A stretch of 50,532 nucleotides of DNA from an uncultured Candidatus Micrarchaeota archaeon (lineage in GTDB: Archaea > Micrarchaeota > Micrarchaeia > Burarchaeales > Fermentimicrarchaeaceae): positions 1 to 50,532 of the forward strand of contig CAIXRF010000107.1 in the NCBI GenBank assembly GCA_903921825.1. Reading direction: 5' to 3'. Within the stretch, counting starts at the first letter, position 1. Every line of letters begins with the position of its first letter. The position numbers and the translations under genes are program-made. The notes under the pieces were generated by a model. That model saw nothing but the letters and a program-made list of their open reading frames with translations. It did no database searches and was not told where the DNA came from. Positions 39,787 to 48,538 of the stretch are shown piece by piece.

Positions 39787-40800
39787 TCACATCTCGCGGT
39801 ATATGAAGAAGTCGGCGAGCTGGAGCAGCCGCCTGCTTGCGGCGTTGTTCGGGAGGACCATCAGTCCCTTCTTCGCGTCATCGACCATCTTCTTCGCCCT
39901 CTCCGCAGCGTAGTCGATGGAGCCAGCATTCTGGCAGATGCTTATCGCCTCGCTCACCTGCTTCGTGTCCTTTGTGCGCGCCGAAAGAATCTCCGCGAGG
40001 CGCTTCCTTTCCTTCGGGGGGGCGTGAGTGAGCGCGTGGATGGTTATTAGCGACCTCTTCCCCTCGCTTATGTCCCCGCCTATCTCCTTCCCGTACTTCT
40101 CCTCCTTGCCCGCCAGGTTGAGGACGTCGTCCTGTATCTGGAATGCGATTCCGACCGCCATGCCAAATTCCTTCAGCGCCTTCAGTTGCTCCGCGGTAGC
40201 GCCGCCCATCAGCGCTCCGACCTCGCAGGATGCGGAGATGAGTGCGCCCGTCTTCCCCTCAACCATCCTGAAATAGTTCTCCTCGCTTATGTCGAACCGT
40301 TTCTCCCTGTACCAGTTCAGCTCAACGGCCTGCCCTTCGAGCACGCGCCTGAATGCGGTGGAGAGAACGCGCTGCGCCGCGAGGAGCTTTTCCGGAGGGA
40401 GTCTCGACTTCAGCAGCGCCTCCCATACCATCATGAAGAGGCCGTCCCCTGCATTGATTGCGAGCGGGGTCCCGTATGCCCTGTGAAGGGTCGGCTTGCC
40501 CCTCCGCATGTCCGAGTCGTCCTCGATGTCGTCGTGGATGAGCGTGAAGTTGTGGAACATCTCTATGGCCGCGCCGATTGGGACGACGAGCGCCGCTTCC
40601 TCCGCCTCCTTCCCGCCGACTGCCTCGTATGAGAGCTTGGCCATCGCGGGCCTGAACCTCTTCCCTCCCCTGTCCAGGAAGTCCCACAGCACGCCATATA
40701 CCTCGAAGGGCTCGCGGTTGCGCGGAACCACCTTCTCTATCTCCCTGTCGAAGACCTGCGCCTGCGAGGCGAGGTATTCCATTATGTCGTTGTGCGGCAT
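39787..40800 (-). CDS. idsA: Geranylgeranyl diphosphate / polyprenyl synthase
   Basis: GGKRFRP, FTLIHDDIED.S..RRG, GQ..EL, KTG.L and FQIQDD motifs. Confidence 0.93.
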   Translation of the reverse strand: MPHNDIMEYLASQAQVFDREIEKVVPRNREPFEVYGVLWDFLDRGGKRFRPAMAKLSYEAVGGKEAEEAALVVPIGAAIEMFHNFTLIHDDIEDDSDMRRGKPTLHRAYGTPLAINAGDGLFMMVWEALLKSRLPPEKLLAAQRVLSTAFRRVLEGQAVELNWYREKRFDISEENYFRMVEGKTGALISASCEVGALMGGATAEQLKALKEFGMAVGIAFQIQDDVLNLAGKEEKYGKEIGGDISEGKRSLITIHALTHAPPKERKRLAEILSARTKDTKQVSEAISICQNAGSIDYAAERAKKMVDDAKKGLMVLPNNAASRRLLQLADFFIYREM

Positions 40801-40871
40801 TCAGCTCACCATCAAACTTGCGCCTGCGAGGCAATGCACTCCATTCTGTCGTTGCAGCATCAGCTCACCAT
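40748..40871. repeat. Degenerate ~60-bp tandem duplication spanning the lysS stop and idsA start
   Basis: Copies 40748-40812 and 40812-40871 share tgcgcctgcgaggc, tccatt.tgtcgttg and cagctcaccat. Confidence 0.85.
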
Positions 40872-42416
40872 TTCCAGCAGCGTATCCTTAACTGTTTCTA
40901 TTCCCGTCGCTTCAACGAGCTTTCCCATCTTCGGGCCCCTGTCCTTGCTGATGAGTGCGTTGTAGAGCGCCTTGAACAGTGAACCGGGCGGCACTCCCTC
41001 CTGCTTCGCGATATCGAAGACGAGGTTGTGCACATCCACCGCGCTCATTCCCGTTTTCAGGCCGTTCGCGAAGGCAGCCACTGCCTTCCTGTTCTCGGAA
41101 ATCTTCTGCGGCTTGAAGGAGAACATGTATTCGTCGGGCGCGAACTCCTTCGCCACCCATTTCGTGATGTACGGCTTGAGGTAAGCGACGCCTTCGGGGT
41201 CCTTCACGGCCTTCCCAACCTTATCCCAGTCCTTGTAAAGCTGGTGGCAGAGGAGGATGTCGCCAAAGTTCGCCTTCCATTTTCTGGCTCCGCCGCTCGC
41301 GAGCTCCCAGGCAATCGCCTTCTTCCTGTCCGCGCGCGAGACTTCGGGGTCATCCTTCCTGAGCTCCGACGCGCTGCTGAAGTCCTCGTAGAGCTGCATC
41401 AGCTTCACTCCGGTCGGGTCTATGTCCTTGTTCTCCTGCAGGTCGGGCCTGAGGAGCGCGTACTTCATCAGCTCAGGCGGCATCAGCTCAAGAAGGTCCG
41501 CGACGCCCATCCCGATTCCTTTTGACTTTGAGTATTTCTTTCCCTGGAGAAGGACGAAGCCGTATTTGTATCCGATGGGTGGCTCTTTTTTGAAGAATTC
41601 GGCGAAGGTCTTCAGAAGCGTGTCCCAGCTTCCGCCCCGCGTGTGGTGGTCCATGCCAGCCCCTTCCGCGCTGGTTTTCAGGTAGTCCATCCACGTCGGC
41701 CAGTGAAGCCGCCACGTAATCTTGTACTTGTGGTCCGAAATCTTGTTCTTCCCCTTGAACCCGCAGCCTTTCGTGTATTTCACGTCGCGGTCGCATGAAT
41801 ATTCATACCAGTCCCTTCCATGCGCTGTGACGCGCGTTGTCGCTATCTTCCCACATTTCGCGCAGATAGGCATTATCGGCGACCAGTCACCCATCTCCTC
41901 GATTTTCTTAAAGGAGGACTCCGCGACAATCTGCTTTGCCTCATCCGCGCGCTCAAGGAACTCCATTGCATAATTGTCCCATTTCCCGTCCCTGTAGACT
42001 TCGTTCATGCGGACGATTTTTGAATGGACACCGAATTTTTCCATTACCGCTGCTGTCTCAGCAAGGAAATGCTCCCCAAAAGAGGAATGGCAGCCCGCGG
42101 GGTCTGGGACGTCCGTGAGCGGCTTCCCGAGATGCGGCGCCAGTTGCTTCTCGTACTTCGCCATCGCCAGCGGGACTGAATCAAATGCGTCGAAAATGTC
42201 GGCGACGAAATAGAATTCGGCAGCGTGGCCCTTTTCCTTCAGCTCCCCAACTATCGCACTTGGAAAAAGGAACTCGCACAGCGTCCCGAGGTGCGTTGGC
42301 CCGCTCGTCGTGATTCCGCTAGAAATTACGAAAGGGGGCTTCTTCTCGGCAACTACCCGCTCCGCAAGCAGCTCGCTCCAGTGCTTGCCCTTCAGCTCCT
42401 CCGCCTCGTCTGCCAT
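40860..42416 (-). CDS. lysS: Class I lysyl-tRNA synthetase
   Basis: HW, SGITTSG..HLG (HIGH-like), CxxC zinc sites, K..WR..WP..W, G.DH...GGS, KYSKSKG (KMSKS-like), RGPKMG. Confidence 0.93.
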   Translation of the reverse strand: MADEAEELKGKHWSELLAERVVAEKKPPFVISSGITTSGPTHLGTLCEFLFPSAIVGELKEKGHAAEFYFVADIFDAFDSVPLAMAKYEKQLAPHLGKPLTDVPDPAGCHSSFGEHFLAETAAVMEKFGVHSKIVRMNEVYRDGKWDNYAMEFLERADEAKQIVAESSFKKIEEMGDWSPIMPICAKCGKIATTRVTAHGRDWYEYSCDRDVKYTKGCGFKGKNKISDHKYKITWRLHWPTWMDYLKTSAEGAGMDHHTRGGSWDTLLKTFAEFFKKEPPIGYKYGFVLLQGKKYSKSKGIGMGVADLLELMPPELMKYALLRPDLQENKDIDPTGVKLMQLYEDFSSASELRKDDPEVSRADRKKAIAWELASGGARKWKANFGDILLCHQLYKDWDKVGKAVKDPEGVAYLKPYITKWVAKEFAPDEYMFSFKPQKISENRKAVAAFANGLKTGMSAVDVHNLVFDIAKQEGVPPGSLFKALYNALISKDRGPKMGKLVEATGIETVKDTLLEMVS

Positions 42417-42499
42417 CGGGGAGTTTTTGCCCGGCAATCCTCTTTAAACCCTGCGCCCCAAATTATATTGGGTATCAGATGAATAGTACAGTTGTGAAC

Positions 42500-42605
42500 G
42501 CGGGCGCGCTCGTGACTGGCGTCGGCGCCATCGGCACAATCGTAACCGCGGGAGCAGCCCTCCCCGGCACGAAAGTGCGCTAGCCCGCTTGGGCCTTTTG
42601 AGGTG
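42500..42605 (+). ncRNA. Candidate ZMP/ZTP (pfl)-like riboswitch in the acs 5' leader
   Basis: GCTCGTGACTGGCG (42508-42521), GGGAGCAGC (42550-42558) and P3 hairpin GCC-CGCTTG-GGC (42583-42594) match the pfl consensus as recalled; GAGGTG RBS at 42600-42605; TTATAT box at 42463-42468. Confidence 0.65.
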
Positions 42606-42610
42606 CGAAC

Positions 42611-44377
42611 ATGGAGAAGGTTGAGAAGTACAAGACTAAGACTGGAGTAGAGCAGGAGGTAATCCGGCTGCGCGCGCCCCGCGGCGCGTGGATGAAGGAT
42701 TACGACAAGACGTATGGGGCGTTCAACTGGGAGGACGTGAAAAAGGAGTTCTCCTGGCACAAGACGAAGAAAGTGAACATGGCCTATGAGTGCATAGACA
42801 GGCACTGCGAAACCGGGAAAAAGAACAAGGTCGCGCTCTTTTATGCAGACGACGTGGGCACTCAGAAGCTCACGTTCAACGAGATAAAATATCTCTCCAA
42901 CAAGTTCGCCAACGTGCTGAAGAAATATGAGGTCAAGAAGGGCGACCGCGTCTTCGTCTTCCTTCCGCGCTGCCCCGAGCTTTACGTGGCTTTCATGGGG
43001 ATTGCGAAGGCTGGCGCAATCGTCGGCCCGCTCTTTGAGGCATTCATGCGGGAAGCCGTGCGGGACAGGATGCAGGACAGCGGGGCAACGGTGCTAATCA
43101 CGACTCCTGAGCTGAAGAAGCGCGTGGACAGGAGCGAGCTCCCCGCGCTGAGGCATGTGATTATCGTGGGGCACAAGGAAGGCGACATGCTTGCGCCGCA
43201 CGAGCACTCCTGGAGTGTGGAGATGGCCGAGGCGCCAGACAAGTTCGACATCGAGTGGATGGACCTCGAGGACCCGCTCATCCTGCATTACACGAGCGGC
43301 TCGACCGGCAAGCCCAAGGGCGCGCTGCACGTGCATGGCGCGATGATAGGCCATTTGGCGACCGCGCGCTATTCGATGGACCTCCGCGACGAGGATATTT
43401 ACTGGTGCACCGCGGACCCTGGCTGGGTTACGGGGACGAGCTATGGAATTTACGCGCCCTGGCTGGACGGCATCACCTCGCTTATTAGAGGAGGGAGATA
43501 CGATGCTGACAAGTGGTACAAGACGATACAGGACCACAAGGTGACCGTCTGGTACAGCGCGCCGACCGCGTTTCGGCTGCTCATGGCCGCAGGCGACGAC
43601 AAGGTGAAGCAGTATGACCTTTCTTCCCTCAGGCACGTCTATTCCGTGGGCGAGCCGCTGAACCCCGAAGTGGTGAAATGGGGGCTGAAGGTCTTCCGCA
43701 AGACGATAATGGAGAACTGGTGGATGACGGAGTGCGGGATGCAGCTCGTTTGCAACTTCCCGTGCCTTGCGCTCAAGCTCGGGTCGATGGGCAAGGCCTT
43801 CCCCGGAACGGAGGCGGCAATCGTGAATGACAGGGGTGAGCGGCTTCCAGCGTATGAGATTGGCAACCTCGCAATCAAGAGGGGCTGGCCATCCATGATG
43901 AGGCAGATATGGGGCAACGAGGCGAAATACCTGTCCTATTTCATAGGGAAGGACGGTGAGTGGTACGTTTCCGGCGACTCCGCCTACATGGATGACGAGG
44001 GCTACGTCTTCTTCCAGGGGAGGATAGACGACGTGATAAAGACGAGCGGAGAGCGCGTCGGCCCATTCGAAGTGGAGAGCGCGCTCGTGGAGCATCCTGC
44101 TGTCGCAGAGGCGGGTGTGATTGGAAAGCCGGATGCGATACGGGGGAACATCATTAAGGCGTTCGTGACGCTCAGGCCGGGCCACACGCCCACGGAGCCA
44201 CTGAAGAAGGAGATAATGGACTTTGTGGGGGCGAGGCTCGCGGCGCACGCAAAGCCTAGGGAGATTGAGTTCATGGAGAAGCTCCCGAAGACGCGCAGCG
44301 GGAAGATTATGAGGCGCGTGCTGAAGGCGAAGGAGCTCGGCCTGCCGATTGGCGACACTTCGACGATGGAAGACTAA
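42611..44377 (+). CDS. acsA: Acetate--CoA ligase (AMP-forming acetyl-CoA synthetase)
   Basis: YTSGSTGKPKG, WCTADPGWVTG, SVGEPLNPE, WWMTE, GR.DDVI, LPKTRSGKIMRR motifs. Confidence 0.95.
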   Translation: MEKVEKYKTKTGVEQEVIRLRAPRGAWMKDYDKTYGAFNWEDVKKEFSWHKTKKVNMAYECIDRHCETGKKNKVALFYADDVGTQKLTFNEIKYLSNKFANVLKKYEVKKGDRVFVFLPRCPELYVAFMGIAKAGAIVGPLFEAFMREAVRDRMQDSGATVLITTPELKKRVDRSELPALRHVIIVGHKEGDMLAPHEHSWSVEMAEAPDKFDIEWMDLEDPLILHYTSGSTGKPKGALHVHGAMIGHLATARYSMDLRDEDIYWCTADPGWVTGTSYGIYAPWLDGITSLIRGGRYDADKWYKTIQDHKVTVWYSAPTAFRLLMAAGDDKVKQYDLSSLRHVYSVGEPLNPEVVKWGLKVFRKTIMENWWMTECGMQLVCNFPCLALKLGSMGKAFPGTEAAIVNDRGERLPAYEIGNLAIKRGWPSMMRQIWGNEAKYLSYFIGKDGEWYVSGDSAYMDDEGYVFFQGRIDDVIKTSGERVGPFEVESALVEHPAVAEAGVIGKPDAIRGNIIKAFVTLRPGHTPTEPLKKEIMDFVGARLAAHAKPREIEFMEKLPKTRSGKIMRRVLKAKELGLPIGDTSTMED

Positions 44378-44397
44378 GTTCTGCGGAAAGCATATAA

Positions 44398-47040
44398 GTG
44401 GGGAGAAAGCAAGCTCTAGTAGTGAGACTTGTGGGCGGCACCCGTGCGCAATCCGCGATGCAAGTTGCCTGCGGGCAACAGCCTCGCGCCTGCCGTGGGC
44501 AGAGCGCGATGGAATTCCTCATGACCTACGGCTGGGCGCTTCTCGTCCTCCTAGTCGTGGTGGCAGTCCTATTCTATATTGGTGTCATAAACCCAAAGAA
44601 CGCACAGACTAACACCCTTTTCTTCACCCCTGGCTTCAGCGCCTACTCCTTCAGGGTAGGCAATGGCACCGGCTCCCTGGAGCTTGACTTCGGCCAGGCA
44701 ATAGGCCAGTCAGTCATTGTGACTGCAATCTCATGCTCACAGAATTCAACTGTGGTGATGGACGACCTGAGCAGCCAGCCCCTGAGCAGCCAGATTACCA
44801 TCCCCTCCGGTGAGCACAGATGGGTTACAGGCGGCAACTCCAACAACGGCGCCTTCTGCACAGGGGAGGACGGCGGGCAGCTCTCCTTAGAGAGTGCACA
44901 GTTGGGTGAAAGATACAAGGGAGTGGTGTGCGTCAGGTATATTGAGGCGGACACCTACGTTAACAGGACCGTGTGCGGGGATATTAACGCACAGTTCGAG
45001 TTTGCGTCTGTGCCAAGGCCCACTGCGACCCCTGGAGGGAGCCTGACTCCGACGCCTACCCCTACTCCGACGCCAGAGGCAAGTCCGACGCCTACGCCCA
45101 CTCCAGGCTGCTCCGGCAGTTGCCAGGACGGAGTGTGCAACGGCTGCAATGTGTATCTCTCCAGCGGGAGCTGGGTGCTCGAAGGCGACATAATATGCGA
45201 AAGCTGGTGCAATGGCATAACAATACAGGGAAGCGGTGCAACCATTGACTGCCAGGACCACTCGGTAACCGGCGCAGGCCCGGGCAGCAGCGTCGGCATC
45301 CATGTGGATGGCGCAGATGGAGCTACGGTGAAAAACTGCGTGGTGAGCAATTTCAACCAGGGCATTTACGTCTACGACTCCAACAACTGCCAGCTTTTGG
45401 ACAACACTGCAAATTTGAACGGCTTCACTGGAATTAACATGTATTCTTCCAGCAACAACAATCTCACAGGCAACACCGCGGATTCGAACAGCGAGGGCAT
45501 TTACCTGCAGTCAAACGGCATCATTGGCTCGAGCAACAACAGGCTCACGGAAAACACCGCCACCAATAACAGCGAGACGGGCATCTATGCTGACTTTCTC
45601 TGCACCGACAATGTTTTCTCCAGCAACACCGCCTGCTCGAACACGAACGACGACATCGCCTGCGGAGTAGCCCAGATTGACGGCAGCGGCAACAAGTGCG
45701 TGCCACTCGGGCCAGACACCTCATGCTACAGCAGTATCTCCTGCAACTCTGGTTGCCCCACAGGCCCGCCTGCCTGCGCCCCCGGCTGGGTGGTAGGCTC
45801 CTGCCCGTGCGCACTCATCACGCCCGGTGATTACAGGCTTGAAAGCAACCTCAGCACAAATGGCGCACCAGAGACGTGCATAACCATCCCGATGAAAGGC
45901 AGCGGCGCCACGCTCGACTGCCAGGGGCATAGCATCGTCGGAGGAGGAAATGCGGACGGCATATATTTGTACGAAGCCAGTGGGGTAACTGTGAGGAATT
46001 GCGATGTGACCGACTTCGGAGACGGCATACGCCTGGAATATGCAAGCAACAGCAGCATAACTGGCAATACTGTGGATTCAAACGATGACACGGGTATCAG
46101 CTTGAGCAGCGCAGCGAACAACAGCGTAACTAACAACAACGCCGCCTTAAATCGCGACTACGGCATCCATATTGATGGTGATGGCAACAACCTCACGGAC
46201 AACAACGCCAGCCTGAACGGCCAGGGCATCTTAGTGTACGGCAGCAACAACCGCCTCACCGACAACACCATCTGCTCGAACACAAACAATGACCTTTACT
46301 GCGGCGCGCACCAGGTCGATGGCGACGGCAACGAATGCACTCCACTTGGAACAAACGCCGGGTGCAACATCGCCTGCAATGCGGGCTGCCCGCCCCCGGA
46401 GCCTCCGGCGTGCGCTGAGGGCTGGGTGGTGAGCGAATGCCCGTGCACGCTCAACGCGCCAGGCGATTACAGGCTCGAAAGCGACATCAATGCCACGGGC
46501 TATGCGGACTGCATCAAAATCCCGGCAAAAGGCAGCGGCTCCACACTTGACTGCAACGGTCATAACGTTTCAACTAACAGCCCTGGGGGCGGCACGGGCA
46601 TCACCTTAGATCGCGTGAGCGGGGTGCGTGTGGAGAACTGCAATGTGAGCAACTTCTGGGCTGGCATATACCTGAACGGCGCTACCGGTAGCGCAGTCAT
46701 AAATAGCAACTTAACTTCGAACTCCCTCGGCGTCTATGTGTCGGACTCAAACGGCAACAACATCACGGGCAACTACGCAAGCCTGAGCGGCCAGCGCGGC
46801 CTGTTCCTAGGTTCATCCAGCAACAACAATATCACAGGCAACGTCCTCATCTCAAACAGTGACGGCGTTGGCCTCTCCAGCGCGAGCGACAACAACTTCA
46901 CCACGAACGTGGCAACGGGCAATACAAATGACTTCCGCTGCTTCAGCGGAGACTGGAACTACGACGGAGGCAACACCTGCGGCACTAACTCAGGCTGTGG
47001 TGGTTGGCTCGCCTGCCTCACGCCGACACCAGCACCCTAG
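44398..47040 (+). CDS. Class III signal peptide (pilin-like) adhesin with three NosD-like parallel beta-helix modules
   Basis: RG/QSAMEFLMTYGWALLVLLVVVAVL; N-domain paralogous to the 4384 gene; TLDC.GH, GI.L..S.NN.IT.N repeats and Cys-rich spacers. Start uncertain (GTG 44398, 44422 or 44431). Confidence 0.85.
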   Translation: MGRKQALVVRLVGGTRAQSAMQVACGQQPRACRGQSAMEFLMTYGWALLVLLVVVAVLFYIGVINPKNAQTNTLFFTPGFSAYSFRVGNGTGSLELDFGQAIGQSVIVTAISCSQNSTVVMDDLSSQPLSSQITIPSGEHRWVTGGNSNNGAFCTGEDGGQLSLESAQLGERYKGVVCVRYIEADTYVNRTVCGDINAQFEFASVPRPTATPGGSLTPTPTPTPTPEASPTPTPTPGCSGSCQDGVCNGCNVYLSSGSWVLEGDIICESWCNGITIQGSGATIDCQDHSVTGAGPGSSVGIHVDGADGATVKNCVVSNFNQGIYVYDSNNCQLLDNTANLNGFTGINMYSSSNNNLTGNTADSNSEGIYLQSNGIIGSSNNRLTENTATNNSETGIYADFLCTDNVFSSNTACSNTNDDIACGVAQIDGSGNKCVPLGPDTSCYSSISCNSGCPTGPPACAPGWVVGSCPCALITPGDYRLESNLSTNGAPETCITIPMKGSGATLDCQGHSIVGGGNADGIYLYEASGVTVRNCDVTDFGDGIRLEYASNSSITGNTVDSNDDTGISLSSAANNSVTNNNAALNRDYGIHIDGDGNNLTDNNASLNGQGILVYGSNNRLTDNTICSNTNNDLYCGAHQVDGDGNECTPLGTNAGCNIACNAGCPPPEPPACAEGWVVSECPCTLNAPGDYRLESDINATGYADCIKIPAKGSGSTLDCNGHNVSTNSPGGGTGITLDRVSGVRVENCNVSNFWAGIYLNGATGSAVINSNLTSNSLGVYVSDSNGNNITGNYASLSGQRGLFLGSSSNNNITGNVLISNSDGVGLSSASDNNFTTNVATGNTNDFRCFSGDWNYDGGNTCGTNSGCGGWLACLTPTPAP

Positions 47041-47062
47041 CAAACCAGCCTTAAAAAAGAGA

Positions 47063-47228
47063 CGGGCCCGAGGGGAAATTCGGCAAGCCGAATGCGCTGT
47101 TCGCGCAAGCGAACTTGCGTTCGGACCCCTGACATACTGGTTTCTTCACCCTTCTTTTCCGTTAACGCTTTTCTTCGGGAAGAAAAGGGTTAAGAGCCAG
47201 TCGCTCTACCAAGCTGAGCTACGGGCCC
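47063..47228 (-). tRNA. tRNA-Lys(CTT) with two introns (37/38: 47142-47190, 49 nt; 59/60: 47077-47119, 43 nt)
   Basis: GGGCCCG/CGGGCCC acceptor, GCTC/GAGC D-stem, ACTGG-CTCTTA^A-CCAGT anticodon arm, AGGGG/CCCCT T-stem; removing both inserts gives 74 nt; BHB-like pairing at both sites. Confidence 0.88.
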
Positions 47229-47289
47229 ATTCTCCGAAGTGCCCAGCGGGGCTATATTATTGTAGATTACTATTATAAGCGTGAGGGGA

Positions 47290-47850
47290 ATGGCGAACGT
47301 CGTTGTACTGAGATTGGGGCACCGGAAGACCAGGGACAAGAGGGTGAGCACGCACGTTTTCCTCGCGGCGAGGGCGCTAGGCGCAAACGGCGGGGTGCTG
47401 TGCGGCGAGGAGGACGAAACCATCCTGGGAAGCGTCCGGAAGGTTTCCGAGAAGTGGGGAGGAAAATTCCCCATCTCGTTTGCACGGAATTGGAAGAAGG
47501 AGCTCCTCAGGAAGCGGCGGCAGGGCTTCACCGTCGTTCATCTCACAATGTATGGCGAGAAGCTGATGGACAGGATAGGCGCCATCAGGCGGAAGAAAAG
47601 GTTGTTGGTGGTCGTCGGCGCGCAGAAGGTCCCCCCTGAAGCTTACTCGCTTGCTGACTACAACATTTCGGTGACAGGGCAGCCGCACAGCGAGGTTGCC
47701 GCGCTTGCCGTATTTTTGCATGAGCTTTCCAACGGGAAGGAGCTGGACGCGCGCTTCCCGGGTGCTAGGATACGGATAGCGCCTTCGGCAAGGGGAAAGC
47801 GGGTTATGAAGGGCGCGAAGCGGGCATACAAAACACATTTATATAAGTGA
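47290..47850 (+). CDS. trm56: tRNA (cytidine(56)-2'-O)-methyltransferase
   Basis: VLRLGHR..RDKRVSTHV.LAARA.GA, VHLTMYG, VVVGA.KVP and QPHSEVAALA motifs. Confidence 0.93.
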   Translation: MANVVVLRLGHRKTRDKRVSTHVFLAARALGANGGVLCGEEDETILGSVRKVSEKWGGKFPISFARNWKKELLRKRRQGFTVVHLTMYGEKLMDRIGAIRRKKRLLVVVGAQKVPPEAYSLADYNISVTGQPHSEVAALAVFLHELSNGKELDARFPGARIRIAPSARGKRVMKGAKRAYKTHLYK

Positions 47851-47866
47851 AGTGAGAAATTTGACC

Positions 47867-48538
47867 ATGGCGACAAGGAGGAAGAAGGTTTCCAAGCCAA
47901 AACTGAAGAAGGCGGCGAGGAAGGTGGCACGCAAGGCTTCGCGGAAGATTGTGAAGCGTGTTGCTAAGCGCGTTGCAAAGGTTAGGCTGAAGGCTGCCCG
48001 CAGGATTGTGAAGAAGGCAGCCAAGCGGATGGTTTTGAAGACAGCGATGACGGCTGGGCCGAAAGTTAGGCGGAGGGCGGCACCCAAGGTTCTTGAGAAT
48101 ATGCATGTCAGGAACCTGCTCGTGGAGCTCGCTGGGGAGAAGGCGCTCAAGGTCGCAGGGGAGATGGTGGAGCCGCTGAGCGATGAGGACATCGCAAGGC
48201 GCGCTGGCATCAAGATATCCGACATACGCGCGGTGCTGAACAAGCTGCACGCCGCGGGGATTGCTGCTTACGACAGGACGCGGAACGACGAGGGCTGGTA
48301 CACCTACACGTGGCGCATGTCCGTGGATGGCGCGATGAAGGTTTTGGAAACGCGGAAGGCGCAGGAGAAGCAGAACGCGCAGGAGAAACTCTGCCTCGAG
48401 AGCGCCGTGGACTTCTACAAATGCCCAAACTGCTACGCGAGGGTTGGGACCAAGCTGAGCTTCGAGCAGGCTGTTGAGGCTGGGTTCAGATGCCCGGACT
48501 GCTCGGAGATGCTCCGCTATGTGGAGAAGAAGGGCTGA
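47867..48538 (+). CDS. tfe: Transcription initiation factor E alpha with a ~75-aa Lys/Arg-rich N-terminal extension
   Basis: SDEDIA...G.KI..IR.VLNKLH..G...Y.R.R...GWY.Y.W wHTH; FY.CP.C...F..A....F.CP.C...L zinc ribbon. Confidence 0.88.
   Translation: MATRRKKVSKPKLKKAARKVARKASRKIVKRVAKRVAKVRLKAARRIVKKAAKRMVLKTAMTAGPKVRRRAAPKVLENMHVRNLLVELAGEKALKVAGEMVEPLSDEDIARRAGIKISDIRAVLNKLHAAGIAAYDRTRNDEGWYTYTWRMSVDGAMKVLETRKAQEKQNAQEKLCLESAVDFYKCPNCYARVGTKLSFEQAVEAGFRCPDCSEMLRYVEKKG

Noticed and set aside
40748-40871. Possible DGR template/variable repeat pair
   Set aside because: Differences include C/T, T/G, C/A and indels rather than adenine-specific changes, and no reverse transcriptase is present in the window.
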